A stretch of DNA of 58,280 nt, the filler included, from Sphacelaria rigidula (taxonomy: Eukaryota): the NCBI GenBank assembly GCA_964200075.2. It is 6 parts of 6 records of this genome, joined end to end, with 100 filler letters (N's around TTAATTAATTAA, not from the genome) between each part and the next. Parts side by side here need not be neighbours in the genome. Positions count along the whole stretch, not along the records: positions 38,923 to 48,551 come from CAXNAA020008073.1; positions 48,652 to 58,280 come from CAXNAA020008074.1; 4 more parts are not named here. One strand, given 5' to 3'. Shown here one piece after another: positions 39,380 through 52,241 of this stretch (positions are counted from its first letter, which is position 1; each line of letters opens with the position of its first letter). A program made the position numbers and the translations under genes. Under the pieces are notes generated by a model. The model was not told where the DNA came from. It did not search any database and was given only the letters and a program-made list of their open reading frames with translations.

Positions 39380-40245
39380 CGAGCTGGGCCAGCCTAGAGG
39401 CGGATTTGAAGTTTGCAGGCCCGTGCTCTTTTGTACATTTAGGCTTGGATCCTGAAATTTGGTATGGACAGTGCTTAGGGCATATATATATTTTTACTGA
39501 AGTATCAACAGTATTTTTTTTTTCATGAGTTGGGGGCATTTTACTGATACCTGAAAACCGATTATTGCCCTTAACTCATGAAAGAAAAAAACACTTTTGA
39601 TACTTCAGTAATTTTTTTTATGCCCTATGCACTGTCCATACCAAATTTCAGGGTCCAACTCTAAATGTATAAAAGAGCATGGGCCTATCAAAAACCGGGT
39701 CGGTAGAAATTCGGAACCCTATTTTGCAGGCCACTCACCGGCCCACGTTTCGTTTTCGTGTATTGAAATTTGTTATAGGCGCTCTCTAAGGCATATTCAA
39801 CAAAAAAGAATGGGTCAGGTTGATTTTTTGCGACCTTTTTCACTGGTTTAGGGCGTTCTACTATGGTAAAGACCATTTTTTCACTAAAACACCCTAACCT
39901 CTATTAAAAAAAAATGAAGGCCCATATATTTTTTTATTCGGCACTCTTTTGTGATTCTCCACACCAAAATTCGTCGCCATCCGCTAAATAAATGCATCGA
40001 TCGGGAGTTTCATAGAGATTTTAGTATTGGCAAGGTATTGGCGCTATCTCCCTTAGGTATAGGAATTACTAGACATGGGGTTTAATCAACGAGAAAATAT
40101 GGGCCCAGACTTTTGAGCAGATGGGCACCTTCCCCTTGATTGGACGATTAATACTATAATATGCGGATCACGGCCCAACTCGTCTGTGTCGAAGAGATAT
40201 TATTGCTTTTAGAGCTTAAATCCGTTTTTAGGCTGGCCCAGCTTG
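39380..40245. mobile_element. Tc1/mariner-like MITE with TA target duplication
   Basis: TA|cgagctgggccagccta...taggctggcccagcttg|TA; ~30-bp imperfect TIRs; internal foldback at 39417-39686. Confidence 0.7.
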
Positions 40246-41698
40246 TATGATGAGTCGACTCGTGACGAATCAATCTTTAGGCTTTATTTCAGCATTGCAA
40301 CCCAGGTACACGCAGCCCAGACACCACGTGGAATGGCGCAAAAGTTGCGTCTATACCCCTTGGACCAGCGATCAACTTTTTTCTCCCTTTGGGTACGTCG
40401 TAGTCAGGCCGAAGAAAATTGTGAGTTTGGTGATTCTTAGTCGTGATGATTTATTTGTCTTACAAGTAACCGTAAAATGTTTAGATCTCCGAAAAAACAG
40501 TGCTGTAGCCCTCCTCCTCTTCTTTGAAAAAATCTCAAATGCCGTCACCGTGAGCATCAAGTAGTAGTCTAGTAGCAATACAGCGACTCGCAGAGATCTA
40601 ACCACAGCGTCATTCCCAAGCAAGATGACCCCGTGTCCGGCAAGAGGTTCCGCCTGGGCTCATGCAGGATAATCAACACAACAGATGCGATACAAAAGAA
40701 ATGAAAAACTAATAAAGTAAAAACACGACGTACTAGAAAGAAAAAGAGAAAAAAAAGAGGAAGGAAGAAGGACTACTGCTAGCGCTCTACCCGCTGTGTT
40801 AGTTCCGATGTCATATGCGACCATTCGGGCTACTGGAGGCAGGGCCCATTGTACTACCGTACTAAATACTGCCTGTACACTACAGGCAAGTCGCCGTAAC
40901 TGCACTGTCTGCAGGCACAACATTTTTTATAATAGCTGTTTTTTAGACGGTACCTCAACGTTCACGTAGGTCGTCGATCGATATGCATACGCAACAATCG
41001 GACTCGGTAGGCAAGCACCATCGAACCATTCATCTTCGCAATTTTCATTCAAGAGTTTCTCCATGGGTTGGATCGCTGTCGTTATGGTGTACCGGCTACC
41101 TACACGAATGTCACTATTCATAGTCATCGTATATATCTACTTACCGTTGCTCCGAAAATTCAAAATTCAACGTCTGGCTGGCCCCTTCGATTCACGTACC
41201 CCGAGTACGTCAACTGAACTGCCGTCAGCCGTCAGTTTCCCTTGTACTCTACTCGTACCTCTTGGTGGAGATTTGTGAATGAAACAGAGATACGGATGAA
41301 ATGTATTTTGTAATGTAGGGAGGAATGTCGGCTCATCAGATGGCAACTGAGGTACGAACACAATGCCGTAGACAGCAAGGAAATGTACAACCTTAGTTCG
41401 ACACGACCCGATGAATCGAGAGAGCAGAGTAGAGAGCATGCTGCAAGACAACCACTCCGTGTATTTTGATTGGCTCATGAATCTGCCGCACATATTCGCG
41501 CAATTTTCCGACAAAATTATTTCAGAAATTAGAAATTAGGCGAACCGGGACCCCCGTAGTCAGGTCAAAACACCTTACTTCACAGACCGAACGCCCAGAC
41601 GGTGGGCATCCAAACACAGCAATCTTCGGTCACGCCATCATCCTTGTTTGTATATAGGAGGCGAGTTATCCGTGGAGACGTGTGTGGGGGGCAACGGT

Positions 41699-41952
41699 AT
41701 GGAATCGCCTGTGCGGTCGAATACTTCTGGGGAGAACCCAGCCCAGACAGACGGCGCGGCTGCTGGTACAGGGAGTGGAGCTGGCCTGAGTGCCCAGCAA
41801 TCGGTTTGCCAGGAGACAACAAGGCAGCAGTTTGAGGCCAAGTCATACCTAGAGAGGCAGGTTGAGGAGCTGTCGTGCGCAGACGAAGACGAAGCTCAGG
41901 AGAAGGTGTCAAAGCGCCTACAGCTCAAGCACGAACGCGCTAGGAAGAAACG
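41699..41952 (+). CDS. TCP11: IQ-motif / TCP11-domain protein, predicted exon 1
   Basis: MESPVRS...QQFEAKSYLERQVEELSCADEDEAQEKVSKRLQLKHERARKK; ends at GC donor CG|gcaagt. Start codon uncertain. Confidence 0.6.
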
Positions 41953-42399
41953 GCAAGTCGTGTTGTGTTCGGAGCTGTATAATCTCGGGTGCCTTGTGGG
42001 TTTCGGCTTGATTATCTCTCATCTTCAACAGAACTTTGGAGGCGAAAAGTGGATGGCAACCCACAAATTATTTTCGAGTGTGGGAAGAACGACATGTGTC
42101 CCCTTTGTTGCTGTCGAGCGCTTGTCCGAGCTCGTACGCTCTAGCGTACGCCCACCTATAAACGCCCATCTTCATAGCTATCCGTTTGCCGGCTTCACAT
42201 TCTCCGTTCTTCACAGCGGAAGCCATGGTGACAAGTCATACGTCGCCTTGTTGTTGGAAATGTTTCATTCGTGAAGGCGTGCACTGGGAGACGATTTGGC
42301 TATTCCATCCCTCTTTTGGAGTACCCCCCTGCCTGACCGTGAGACTTTTTTTGTTGCATTCTTTTTCCCTATACATTTGGAATTTCATTCAAACTACAG

Positions 42400-42442
42400 G
42401 GATATCCAGCTGCAGAGACGCCGCAGGGGCATCGCGGAGAGG
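42400..42442 (+). CDS. TCP11: TCP11-domain protein, exon 2
   Basis: ctacag|G GAT ATC...GAG AGG|gtaagc; DIQLQRRRRGIAER. Confidence 0.65.
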
Positions 42443-43525
42443 GTAAGCGGTGTGAGATATACGTTGTATGCGTCTTCTTCAGGTAGACTCTGGCAGTGGA
42501 GGAACATATATGAGGCATACCGTCTCTTGTCGGTCTTGCACTGGTGCAGCTGGAGATGTTGGTGATGTGATTGGGGAAGCTAGTAGAATTTTTGGGTGAG
42601 GTGCTGGTGCGTTTTTTTTCTGTACCCCAGCTGCGTTTTCTAGGTGTTCGTTTTTGTTCGAAAATGTGCGCTTTACTGGCGAAGAGAGCCCTGTAGCACT
42701 TCCGTATGCCGAGAAGCTCTGGCACCTCTTTCATAAGGAGGAGTCGTTAAAAGGATTAGCGACCAAACAGTCGAGACACGTACACGACGCAATAATGGGG
42801 AGTACAGAACAGCTCGCATGTATGGTGCAGTCAGTATCTGCGCCCCAGCCGACGTAGTGCTATTAGTTGTACGCGTGAAGTCATAATGTTCTCGGGTGAT
42901 TTATGCGGGAGGATTAGTTCTTGAAAGGGTACCACACAATCACCCATGCGGATGATGTTCTTATGGTTTGACGTCACGCGATGGTTGTGATGTGTTTTAT
43001 GAGTTTTTTTTTTTATATAACCTGAAACTGCTCTTATTTTACCCGTCGCTGCAGTTCGTACCCCCCACCCCACGCGCTGCCATTACCTTGATGCGACTGC
43101 TCTGGGGCGCAAGCGAGTAGGGTGCATGATGCATGGATGTCATCAGCAGAGCTTGTCTTGTGCTCCTAGATTGCAGGCTTCAACGTACAGAGGCACCCCC
43201 AACACTCGCCAGTTCCGCAGCACTTGTCGAGGCGCGGAATCGACAGCAGTACTTGCGAATATTGGGAGCACCTACTCTTGGGTCGGGTGATCTCTCTATG
43301 ACCCCTTTCCTTTTTCTGTTTGGTTTCCGATCCCCTTGACGGTGTTCTCTGTACTGTTGTATCAGCGCGTGTACCTTCCCAAGTCTACTTCACGCTCGGG
43401 GGGTGTAAGGGGGGGGGAGGGGAGGGGGGGGAGAATTTCCCGACGTACATAGGGTGGTTATACTGCTCTGATTATTCGTTGTTCTTCACGGATATACCCT
43501 CTCTTTCGTGACGAACAACACGCAG

Positions 43526-43632
43526 CTCCGGAGGATTCGTGAAGCTCGCGAGGCTGTCGACGCTCGCCTCGCCGAGAACGCCGCTCTTCTCATGGAACGT
43601 CAGGCGGAGAAACAGACCTCGGCCACGCGCAG
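43526..43632 (+). CDS. TCP11: TCP11-domain protein, exon 3
   Basis: cgcag|...AG|gtaagc; LRRIREAREAVDARLAENAALLMERQAEKQTSATR; phases 0 and 2 fit the neighbouring exons. Confidence 0.75.
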
Positions 43633-45049
43633 GTAAGCAAGGCACATCATACCAGTTACCGCTGTTGTAGTGGACGATCGTCCTGGGAAAATTCGAGTAT
43701 CCAACAGATTTCGCTGACGAACTTTCTGGTGCCACACCACGTACGTCGCACTTCCCATGTTGAGGGTGCAATCTACCGTACCCAACATGACCTTGTACTA
43801 GAGTTACGCGACAGCTTTGGTCATTTGTTTTCCCCGTGTTCTCATGTACGTCGCAGCATGGTCGACACAGAAGATATGTACGATTTACTAACGCCTGAAG
43901 CTTGCGAGGGGAAAAGCGAAGACCGGTTCCCGTTGTCGTGATATGTCGTGAAAGAAGATCGGGCTGAGTTGAGGTCATTGTTCTTCCCTTCGGCGGAATG
44001 TCATCTCTTCCTGCAGTATAATATCTACCTTGACCCCTTGACCGCCAGGGTGGGCCATATGTTGAATCGGCATCATTTTCACTCTAAGAATGCCTGTCAG
44101 ACCCAGATCAGCCATCCTGGCGGTCAAAAGGTTGAACAGCTTGACCCTTTGACCCCGAGCAGAGGTCACCTGTTGAATCAGCATAAATTTTAGTTGAAAA
44201 ATGACTGCAAAATGACCGCATGACAAGATGACCTACCCTCGCCGTCAAGGGTCTGATGCCCGTACTTGATCTGAGTCTTGCACCCATTTTCCATGTGGAA
44301 ACGATGCTGGTCAAAAGCTGTCTTACCGTGGCCATCAAACCAAGAAAGGCGAGTCCATAACGATGTGACACTTCACCCTTGAGGGGGGGGAGGGGACAGA
44401 CCCAGCTGATCACAAACCACATCATCGGGAATCATGATTCGGACCGAAGGGAACGTCTTCCGACATCCATTTCCCAGGGGTGTCGCAAGAGCTTCGTGGA
44501 AAGTGTTAGCGGGTTGTGTCACGTTTGGGGTATTGCCTTGAGCGAGCTCTACGGTACAGTAGCTGAGCAGCCGCTGCCACTCCTTGGTTGCCTTGGTAAC
44601 CGTGTGAGGCTCCCCAAACTTCAGCGGTACTCTTACTGAGAAGCTGTCTCGGACGGTTTTGCCGTCGTAGTCTCCATCACCCTCATCCAGGGTTGGGATA
44701 ATTGTACATACGAACGATGTGACGGGAAATACGGCACTTGCGCTGCCTCGCCTCTCGCGATGCACCCTGTAGCCAAAATCCGGGGGCACGTATGTACTGT
44801 TCACTGTACTGTGCGCCTGGAAACGCTGTCATGAGCCGCACAAGACGGTGCGGCGTCGGTCCATTCCATACCACCGCTTGAATTACAGAACCAAACACGC
44901 ACACACGCTCGTGACACGATAACAGGGGTTACCTTGGCCACCAACTAATTCCACGCGCAAATCGTGAGCTCCGCGCATTCCGCCGCTCGTGACTCAACTC
45001 CTTCCCGCTGCTGTAATAAATATCCAATCATCGTTCTGCCTTGCTTCAG

Positions 45050-47195
45050 GCGACGCACCAGCCTGGACAACATAAAGAAGGCCAGGGCGGTGCACAACCG
45101 CCGGGTTAGCCAGCGCCGACGCGAGTCTTTCGACGCCACAAGCGATTCGAGCCCGGCCCGCAGCAAGGGTATCAATGAGATAGAGGTCAAGCTAGCAAGG
45201 GCGGAGCGTAACCGAGAGGCACTGCGATGCGAGCGCCGCAGGCGGACGATGCAACGCTACGAGGAAGGTCGGGCGCGGGCGCTACAGCAGGGCCTGCTCG
45301 GTTTCGGCGCCGGAGTGGGCGGCGGCGGCGCCGGACTCGCGCGTGGGGCAGAGGCACTCAGGGGAGGCTTGTCATTCGGCGTTGAAGCCGGGACGGAGCA
45401 CCGGAGACGGCGAGCGACGGAGGCACGTCAGGCCGCCAAGGCCCGGCAAGCGCAGCGCATGCGGCTTCTACGTCAACGCATGCTTACGCATAACTCACGC
45501 GTCGGGGAACGCAAGACGCGGCTCTACGCTGCTCGCCTGCTGCAGGCGTGGTGGCGGTGTGTCCGCGACGGGAGACTCTTCCACGTTACCGCCCTTACCA
45601 TCACCTCGGCTGAACCCGCTCCCGATCGATCGTTGCTTGGATCCCCCACGTCCTGGGCGGCAGCGGCCGCTACGCACGATTCGGGATTGACGTTGAGTAC
45701 AGACTTCGAGCCTTCTAGTAATACTTCGAACGCCGGCAAAACGGGCAACAATCGTGAGGCGAGCTCGCCTCTCGATCCGTGCACAAAATCACCCGTTTCG
45801 ACATTCCGAAAATTCCATGCCGGTGTAGGAGGGGCGAGGATGGTCGGCGTAGCGGGAACCATCAGCGGACCTGCAATCGGCGGCGGCGGCGTCGCCGCCG
45901 TTGCCTCTGATGCCGCGAGCCCGACGACGGAGTATGACTTCCGGTCTACTTACGAGGCGGCGGTTCGTATTCAATCGTTCCTGCGGCGCAATATGCACAC
46001 CCTTAAGGTAGCCAATGGTCTGCTGGCGGGCCGTCTGTCTATCAAGGTACTCTGCGCGGCGGTGCGAACGATGGCGTCGTCAACCTTCGACGAAGCCATA
46101 GAGATAATGTCCACGCGCGCGATAGTCAGCCACTGCGAGACAACGCTGAAGGCTCTCCGCATGGGCCGCGAGATGCGCACCGTTCCGCAGACCGTCCGGT
46201 CGGCCCGGGCGTTCCTGTCATCTCTGCTCGTCAACTTCTTCCCCACCTCGGCACTCGATGATGAGGGCGCGCTCTCCAGCTCCCCCGAGGGCACCGCCGC
46301 CCTACAGGTTGAGAAAGATCGCCTCGTGCGAGCGGCGGGAAACGTGATCAACGCGCTGCTCCTGCTCGAGATTACGGTAGACGCTGGTGTTGAGGCAGCC
46401 GTGGTCGGTAACACAACGAAGGAAGCTGGCGATCCCGCTGGTGATGCCCCCGCGAGTGTAGGCGCGATGGACACGTCGCAATTTCGAAGTATGCGGCGAG
46501 CGGCGGGGATGATGGTGCGCTCCCGTGTGGCGTTCTGCCAGCGGTTCGCGGAGTGGAAGCGCAAGGATGCCATACGACTGGCGGACGAAATGACGGCTTC
46601 GTCGGTAGACGTGCTCCTGATGCAGCTGCGGGCAGAGCGCGACCTACGCGTGGCAGCCTTACGGTACGGCCTCGAGGACACGGATGACGACGGCTCTCTG
46701 TTCTCCACGGGATACGACCAGATCAAGGACGGTACGCAGCGGCAGCTCGGCAAGATGATGCACGCGCTGAGCAAGCTGGTGGGACCCGAAGGCGCACGGG
46801 AGCGCATGGACCAGGCCACCGACGCCGCGTTTGAGCGCCTCCGGGCTGATGAGCTCGCCGAGGACGAGCTCTTCATGCGCGAGCACGGCGGGGACTTCGG
46901 AGACGAGCGTGCCATGCGTATGGACACCGAAGAAGAGAGTGACCACCTCTCTTCCCGCCGTTACGGCTCGAGTTCGTTGGAGGGAGGAGCTGGTGCGAAA
47001 TTTGGAGGCTCGCGCACCGGGTCGGGAGCCGGGACCGGGTCGGCTTATGCAAGTGGGATGTCTGCTACTGCAACAGCTTCGGAAATTGCCGCTGTCATGG
47101 CGGAGAAGGCGGCGGCGGAAGAGGACGACATCGCCGGTCCTAGGCGGCCTTTGTCCGCTGGAGATCTGCTGAGCAACGAGTGGCTTGTTCACGAG
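45050..47195 (+). CDS. TCP11: TCP11-domain protein, large exon 4 (coiled coil, two IQ motifs, start of TCP11 region)
   Basis: Lies within the 755-aa ORF; acceptor ttgcttcag and donor GAG|gtggaa; IQ-like AARLLQAWWR and AAVRIQSFLRR; ARAFLSSLLVNFFP, FAEWKRKD, NEWLVHE. Confidence 0.88.
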
Positions 47196-47457
47196 GTGGA
47201 ACGATTTATCATGCCTTGCGTATGTATGTAGTGCGGGGGTTTATGCTGGGAGCTCTATAGTGGTTCATGTCGTGTGATCGTTCTGGTAATCGTGCTGCGA
47301 AGTAACTGGTTGTGTCCGATGTGATCACATGTTTTTTTTTTGGTCTGAAAGATCATGCCAGCCTTGCTGTGTTCACCTTTTTTTGCGGCGTTAATCCTTT
47401 TTTTCTCTTCACTTTTGTTTTGGTCAATATTCGTTGCTCACGGCAAAACATCCTCAG

Positions 47458-47577
47458 GTGATGATCAGCGAGGAGTCTCTCACGGTTAGTCTTGAGGAAG
47501 CGATCGAGAACCAGCTGCTACGATCAGGCAATCCCGCAACCTCGGCCGGCGACGATGGGGAAAGCTTTTGGGCTACG
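47458..47577 (+). CDS. TCP11: TCP11-domain protein, exon 5
   Basis: cctcag|VMISEESLTVSLEEAIENQ...GESFWAT|gtgcgt; 120 nt, phase 0. Confidence 0.8.
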
Positions 47578-48373
47578 GTGCGTCACGTCCTGTTTAGTTC
47601 TTGCATCGTGAATGGTGTGCTAGCCATGCTGTAGCGCAGCGTGCGCAACGCTCAGTAAATACACTGTTGTTGTTGTCGTTGTACGTGTTGTTGTACGTGC
47701 TGTGTATTGTGTTGTGTAACGTGCTGTGTAACGTTTGAGGCCCGTCTTTTCGGGATTGGAATATTCAGCTGAGAAAGATCGTTTGGCGAATCACACCCTG
47801 TGATTGGCTAATCGCATATCAGCAACCAATCACGGGGTAGCAGGTTCAAGTCACGAGGCGTACATCGTCACATGTTTTTTTCCCAAAGATTTTGCGGGCT
47901 CCGTCAAAACCGGCTGCCGTGGCCAAACAGTAAAAAAAAAAAAAACTCCTCCATCGAATATTTTAGTTGTGGATGAGGTGAAGACTATTGAGTGCGATGG
48001 TTGTCCGCGAGCTTGTTACCACGGGAATTACAAATTATACCGCCCTTGTTGTAGACCGTATTTCCGCCGGACGATTGCTTTGAGTTGGGCATTGCGTTCT
48101 GACGAAGGCTCTTTTTGATTGACATTGAGGTTTTGCCCATAATATGCGATAGATGATCCGCCGCGCTGAACGGAAAGTTCTCACCAACGATCCTCGGCTT
48201 CTTACCCCGAGTGTCATCTTGGGTGGGCTCGTGCCCACTCCCGCAAAGGTTTTGAATTTCGCACTCTTTATCGTGTGATGGCATCCCAAAAAGAAAAAAC
48301 CGTGAATCTTTTCATATATATTTGCCCTTCTAGTTCTCTTGAATTTTTTATGCTCGCCTGAACGATGAACCAG

Positions 48374-48547
48374 GTCGAACGAAATGTGGCCGCGGAGGAC
48401 TACACACCGCTGCTGGGACTCGTGGCCGAGCTCCGAGATAAGATTATCGGCCTGACGCCTCGCAGGGGCGACCTGGCGGCGGAGACGTGTGAGGCGATGG
48501 ACGTGGAGCTCTTGCAGCAGATGATGACCTACGGCGCGTTTAATGTG
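48374..48547 (+). CDS. TCP11: TCP11-domain protein, exon 6 (gene truncated by contig end)
   Basis: accag|VERNVAAEDYTPLLGLVAELRDKIIGLTPRR...EAMDVELLQQMMTYGAFNV resembles the TCP11 (PF05794) core; probable donor gtga at the contig end. Confidence 0.82.
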
Positions 48548-48551
48548 GTGA

Positions 48552-48651
48552 NNNNNNNNNNNNNNNNNNNNNNNNNNNNNNNNNNNNNNNNNNNNTTAAT
48601 TAATTAANNNNNNNNNNNNNNNNNNNNNNNNNNNNNNNNNNNNNNNNNNNN
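48552..48651. other. Artificial contig-joining spacer
   Basis: N44-TTAATTAATTAA-N44. Confidence 0.98.
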
Positions 48652-49523
48652 GGCGTCTGCACGAAACAGTGGCGTGTTGCTGAAAATCCGTGTATGTAAG
48701 CGCAGGGTTATGACGAAGACCGAAAGTTTCATCTAGTCTATTTTCAGGTGCACAGCTGCAATACAGCTGCAATGGTGTACATCTGATGATGTAGCAAGCA
48801 GTATGGGTCGCGGTAGAGGGCTTCCAACAGGATGCGGTGACCGGCGGGCCGCCCGCCACTTGTGGCTTTGGACAATACTTTTGTCCCCATCACCTTGCCA
48901 CACAGCCCTTTGTGGTCGGGGTGGGCCGCTATTTCCCCCTTTGTTGCATGCAGCAAATTCACTTCGACCGGTGTCAGTGTTGCGGCACGCATGCATGCAA
49001 CAGTATAGTACAGTACAGTACAATACAGTGTAGTACGCCTCTCCGACTGAAGCAGCAGCTGCCGCTGCATACTCCCTTGCACGTTCTGGGCAATTCTCAG
49101 CTACCGAGATCAACTGCCTACATACCGCTTCTTCATCCCCACCCACTACATACATATTAACTGCACCCTGCAAGTCATCGCCAGAGGGATAAGCAGAAGT
49201 CATGACCGTAGATCCTTTCGTCTTTCCACAGCCCACCTGGTTTTAGGGCGTTGTGAAAGTGACCACATGGTAGCATGTACACTCCTTCCGGGTTTTCCGG
49301 TCGACCCTGTGTTAGTGTAATTACTACGTTTTAGTAGGAAATTGAGACCCGAAAAACCCACTGAAAAACTCGGGAACGGTATACTGAGTGCAGGTCATAT
49401 CATACAACCAAACTCCGACCGCCCTGTACTTGGAAACTTGCGAAGGCTTATATGGGCCAGGGATAGGGTCCCCACACGATCTTTACAGTGGCATCATACT
49501 CGCCAACAACCACTAACACAGGG
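48652..49523 (-). mobile_element. piggyBac-like non-autonomous element (inverted homologue of 19463-20379)
   Basis: Terminus ccctgtgttagtgg on the minus strand abuts TTAA at 49524-49527; internal homology to contig 3. Confidence 0.55.
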
Positions 49524-49560
49524 TTAACCCTGTGTTAGTGGGGGGTCGGTCCCAAAAGGG

Positions 49561-52115
49561 TTGAAGTGGAATATGATTAATTGAAGCGAAATGAGGCGTG
49601 AAAAATTGCAGCGAACCGAAACAACATAAAAGTGAAGCGAAAGGAAGCATGAGTCGAACCGAAAGATCATGAGTTGAAGCGACCTGGAGCGTGAAAAATT
49701 GCAGCGAATCGGAACAAGATGAAATTCAAGCGAAAGGAAGCATGGGGCGACACTTAGAGTGGAAAGCTGCAGCGAACCGAAACGTGAAAAATTGCCGCGA
49801 ATCGAAACAGCATGAAATTGAAGCGAAAGGGAACGTGGGCAGACACTTGAGGTAGAAAGTTGCAGCGAACCGGAACGACATAAAACTAGAGCGAGGGGAA
49901 ACATGAAACATGGGCCGAACCGGAACATCATGAGTTGAAGCGACAGGAAACGTGAAAAATTGCAGCAAACCTCAACAACATAAGTTCAAATCAAGAGGGA
50001 ACATGGGCCGAACCGGAACACCATGAGTTGAAGCGAAACGAAACGTGAAAAATTGCAGCGGATCGGAACAACATGAAGTCAAAGCGAGGGGAAACATAGG
50101 TCGAACCGGGGCGTCATGAATTCCGAAACATGAAAATGAAGCGAAATGAAACATGGGCCGAACCGACACCATGAGTTGAAGCGAAACGAAACGTGAATAA
50201 TTGCAGCGGATCGGAACAACATGAAGTCAAAGCGAGGGGAAACATAGGTCGAACCGGGGCGTCATGAATTCCGAAACATGAAAATGAAGCGAAAGGAAAC
50301 ATGGGCCGAACCGGAACACCATGAGTTGAAGCGAAACGAAACGTGAATAATTAAAGCGGATCGGAACAACATGAAGTCAAAGCGAGGGGAAACATGGCCC
50401 GAACCGGGGCGTCATGAAGTCAAGCGAAACGAAACGTGAGAAGTTGCAGCGAACCGAAGCAACATGAGTTCAGATCGAGAAGGAGTATGGGCCGAACCGG
50501 AACACCATGAACTGAAGCGAAACGGAACATGAAAAATTGCATCGAATCGGAACAACATGAAACTCAAGCGGAAAGAAACATGGGCCGAACCAGAACATCA
50601 TGATACGAAGCGAACCGAAACGTGAAAAACTGTGGCGAATCGAAACAAGATGAAATTCAAGCGAAAGGAAACATGGATCGAACCGGAACATCATGAATTG
50701 AAGCGTATCAAAACGTGAAAAATTGTGACGAATCGAAACAAGATGAAATTCAAGCGAAAGGAAACATGAGCCGAACCGGAACATCATGAATTAAAGCGTA
50801 ACGAAACGTGAAAAATTGCAGCAAATCGAAATAACATGGACTTGAAGCGAAAGGGAACATGAGCCCAAACTCAACGTCAAAAATTGAATCGAACATGAAC
50901 GACATAAAATGAGAGCGAGGGGAAACATGGGCCGAACCGGAACGTCATGAATTGAAGCGAAACGAAACGTGAAAAATTGCGGCAGATCGGGACAACACAG
51001 TTCAACTCGAGAGGGAACATGGGCCGAACCGGAACACCACGAGTTGAAGCGAAATGAAACGTGAAAAATTGCAGCGAATCAAAATAACATGAAATTAAAG
51101 CGAAAGGAAATATCGACCGAACCAAAACATGATGAATTGGAGCGAACCGAATCGTGAAAAATTGAAGCGAAAAGAATCGTGGGCCGGACAGGACTGTCAT
51201 GAATTGAAGCGAAATGAACGTGAAAAATTGCAGCAGATCGAAACAATATGAAAATGAAGCGAAAGGAAACATCGACCATATCAGAACATCATGAATCGAA
51301 GTGAAACGAAAGGTGAAAAATTGAAGCGAACCAAAACATGAAACTAAAGCCAAAGGAAATATGGGCCCAACCGAAACATCATGAAACTGAAGCGAGGGGA
51401 AACGTGGGCCGAACCGAAACATCATGAATTAAAGCGAAACGAAACGTGAAAATTTGCAGCGAAACGAAACAACATGAAATTATATCAAAGAGAAATATGG
51501 GCCGAACCGAACCCAACCGGAAAATACCATGAACTGAAACGAACCGGAACATATTGAAATTGGAGAGAAACGGAACCGGAACATCATGAAATAGGACGGA
51601 AACGAAACGTAGGCCGAACTGTAAGCCGAAACATAGGCCGGCTGGAACATCATGAATTGAACCGAAGCGGAACATGATGAATGAAAACGAACCGGAATGT
51701 CAAACATTGGAGTGAACCGGAATAACATGAAATCGAAGCGAACCCAAATGTAAAGAGTTGAGGCTAATCCACACGGCACATATGTCTGAAACGAACCGCA
51801 ACAACATATGAAATTGAAGCGGACCGAAACAAGGCAACATAGAGAGCGAACCGGAACATGATAACTTGGCCAAACCGGGACAATATGAAACATGTAAGCA
51901 AACTGAAAGTAAAAAATTGAAGCGAGCCGAAACATTGGAAACTGGCCGAGCCAGAACAACATGAAAAATCGAACCGAACCGGAACAACATGAATTGAAGC
52001 GAACAGAAGCAACACAAAAATTTGAAGCTATGTGAAACGTGAAAGGTTGAGGCGGATCGAATCGACATATAAAAAATTGAAGCGAACCGAAACATAGACC
52101 AAACCGGAACAGCAT
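49561..52115. repeat. Degenerate minisatellite block A (~90-95-bp higher-order unit of GAAGCGAA/CCGAACCGGAAC motifs)
   Basis: Recurring aattgcagcgaatcgaaacaacatgaa..aagcgaaaggaaacatgggccgaaccggaacatcatgaattgaagcgaaacgaaacgtgaaa. Confidence 0.9.
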
Positions 52116-52241
52116 AAATTCACTTTAAATTCCCCTCCCAATCGCCGAGCCTCTCCCCCTCCTCCTATATTTATTTGCGCCGTTTTGAAAGATGTGTTGT
52201 CAATGGTCAAATGACTAGGCAAGCAACGAATGAGTACGCCC

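Noticed and set aside
45971-46927. 318-aa minus-strand ORF and other antisense ORFs over the TCP11 and FNIP exons
   Set aside because: Antisense shadows of GC-rich coding sequence.
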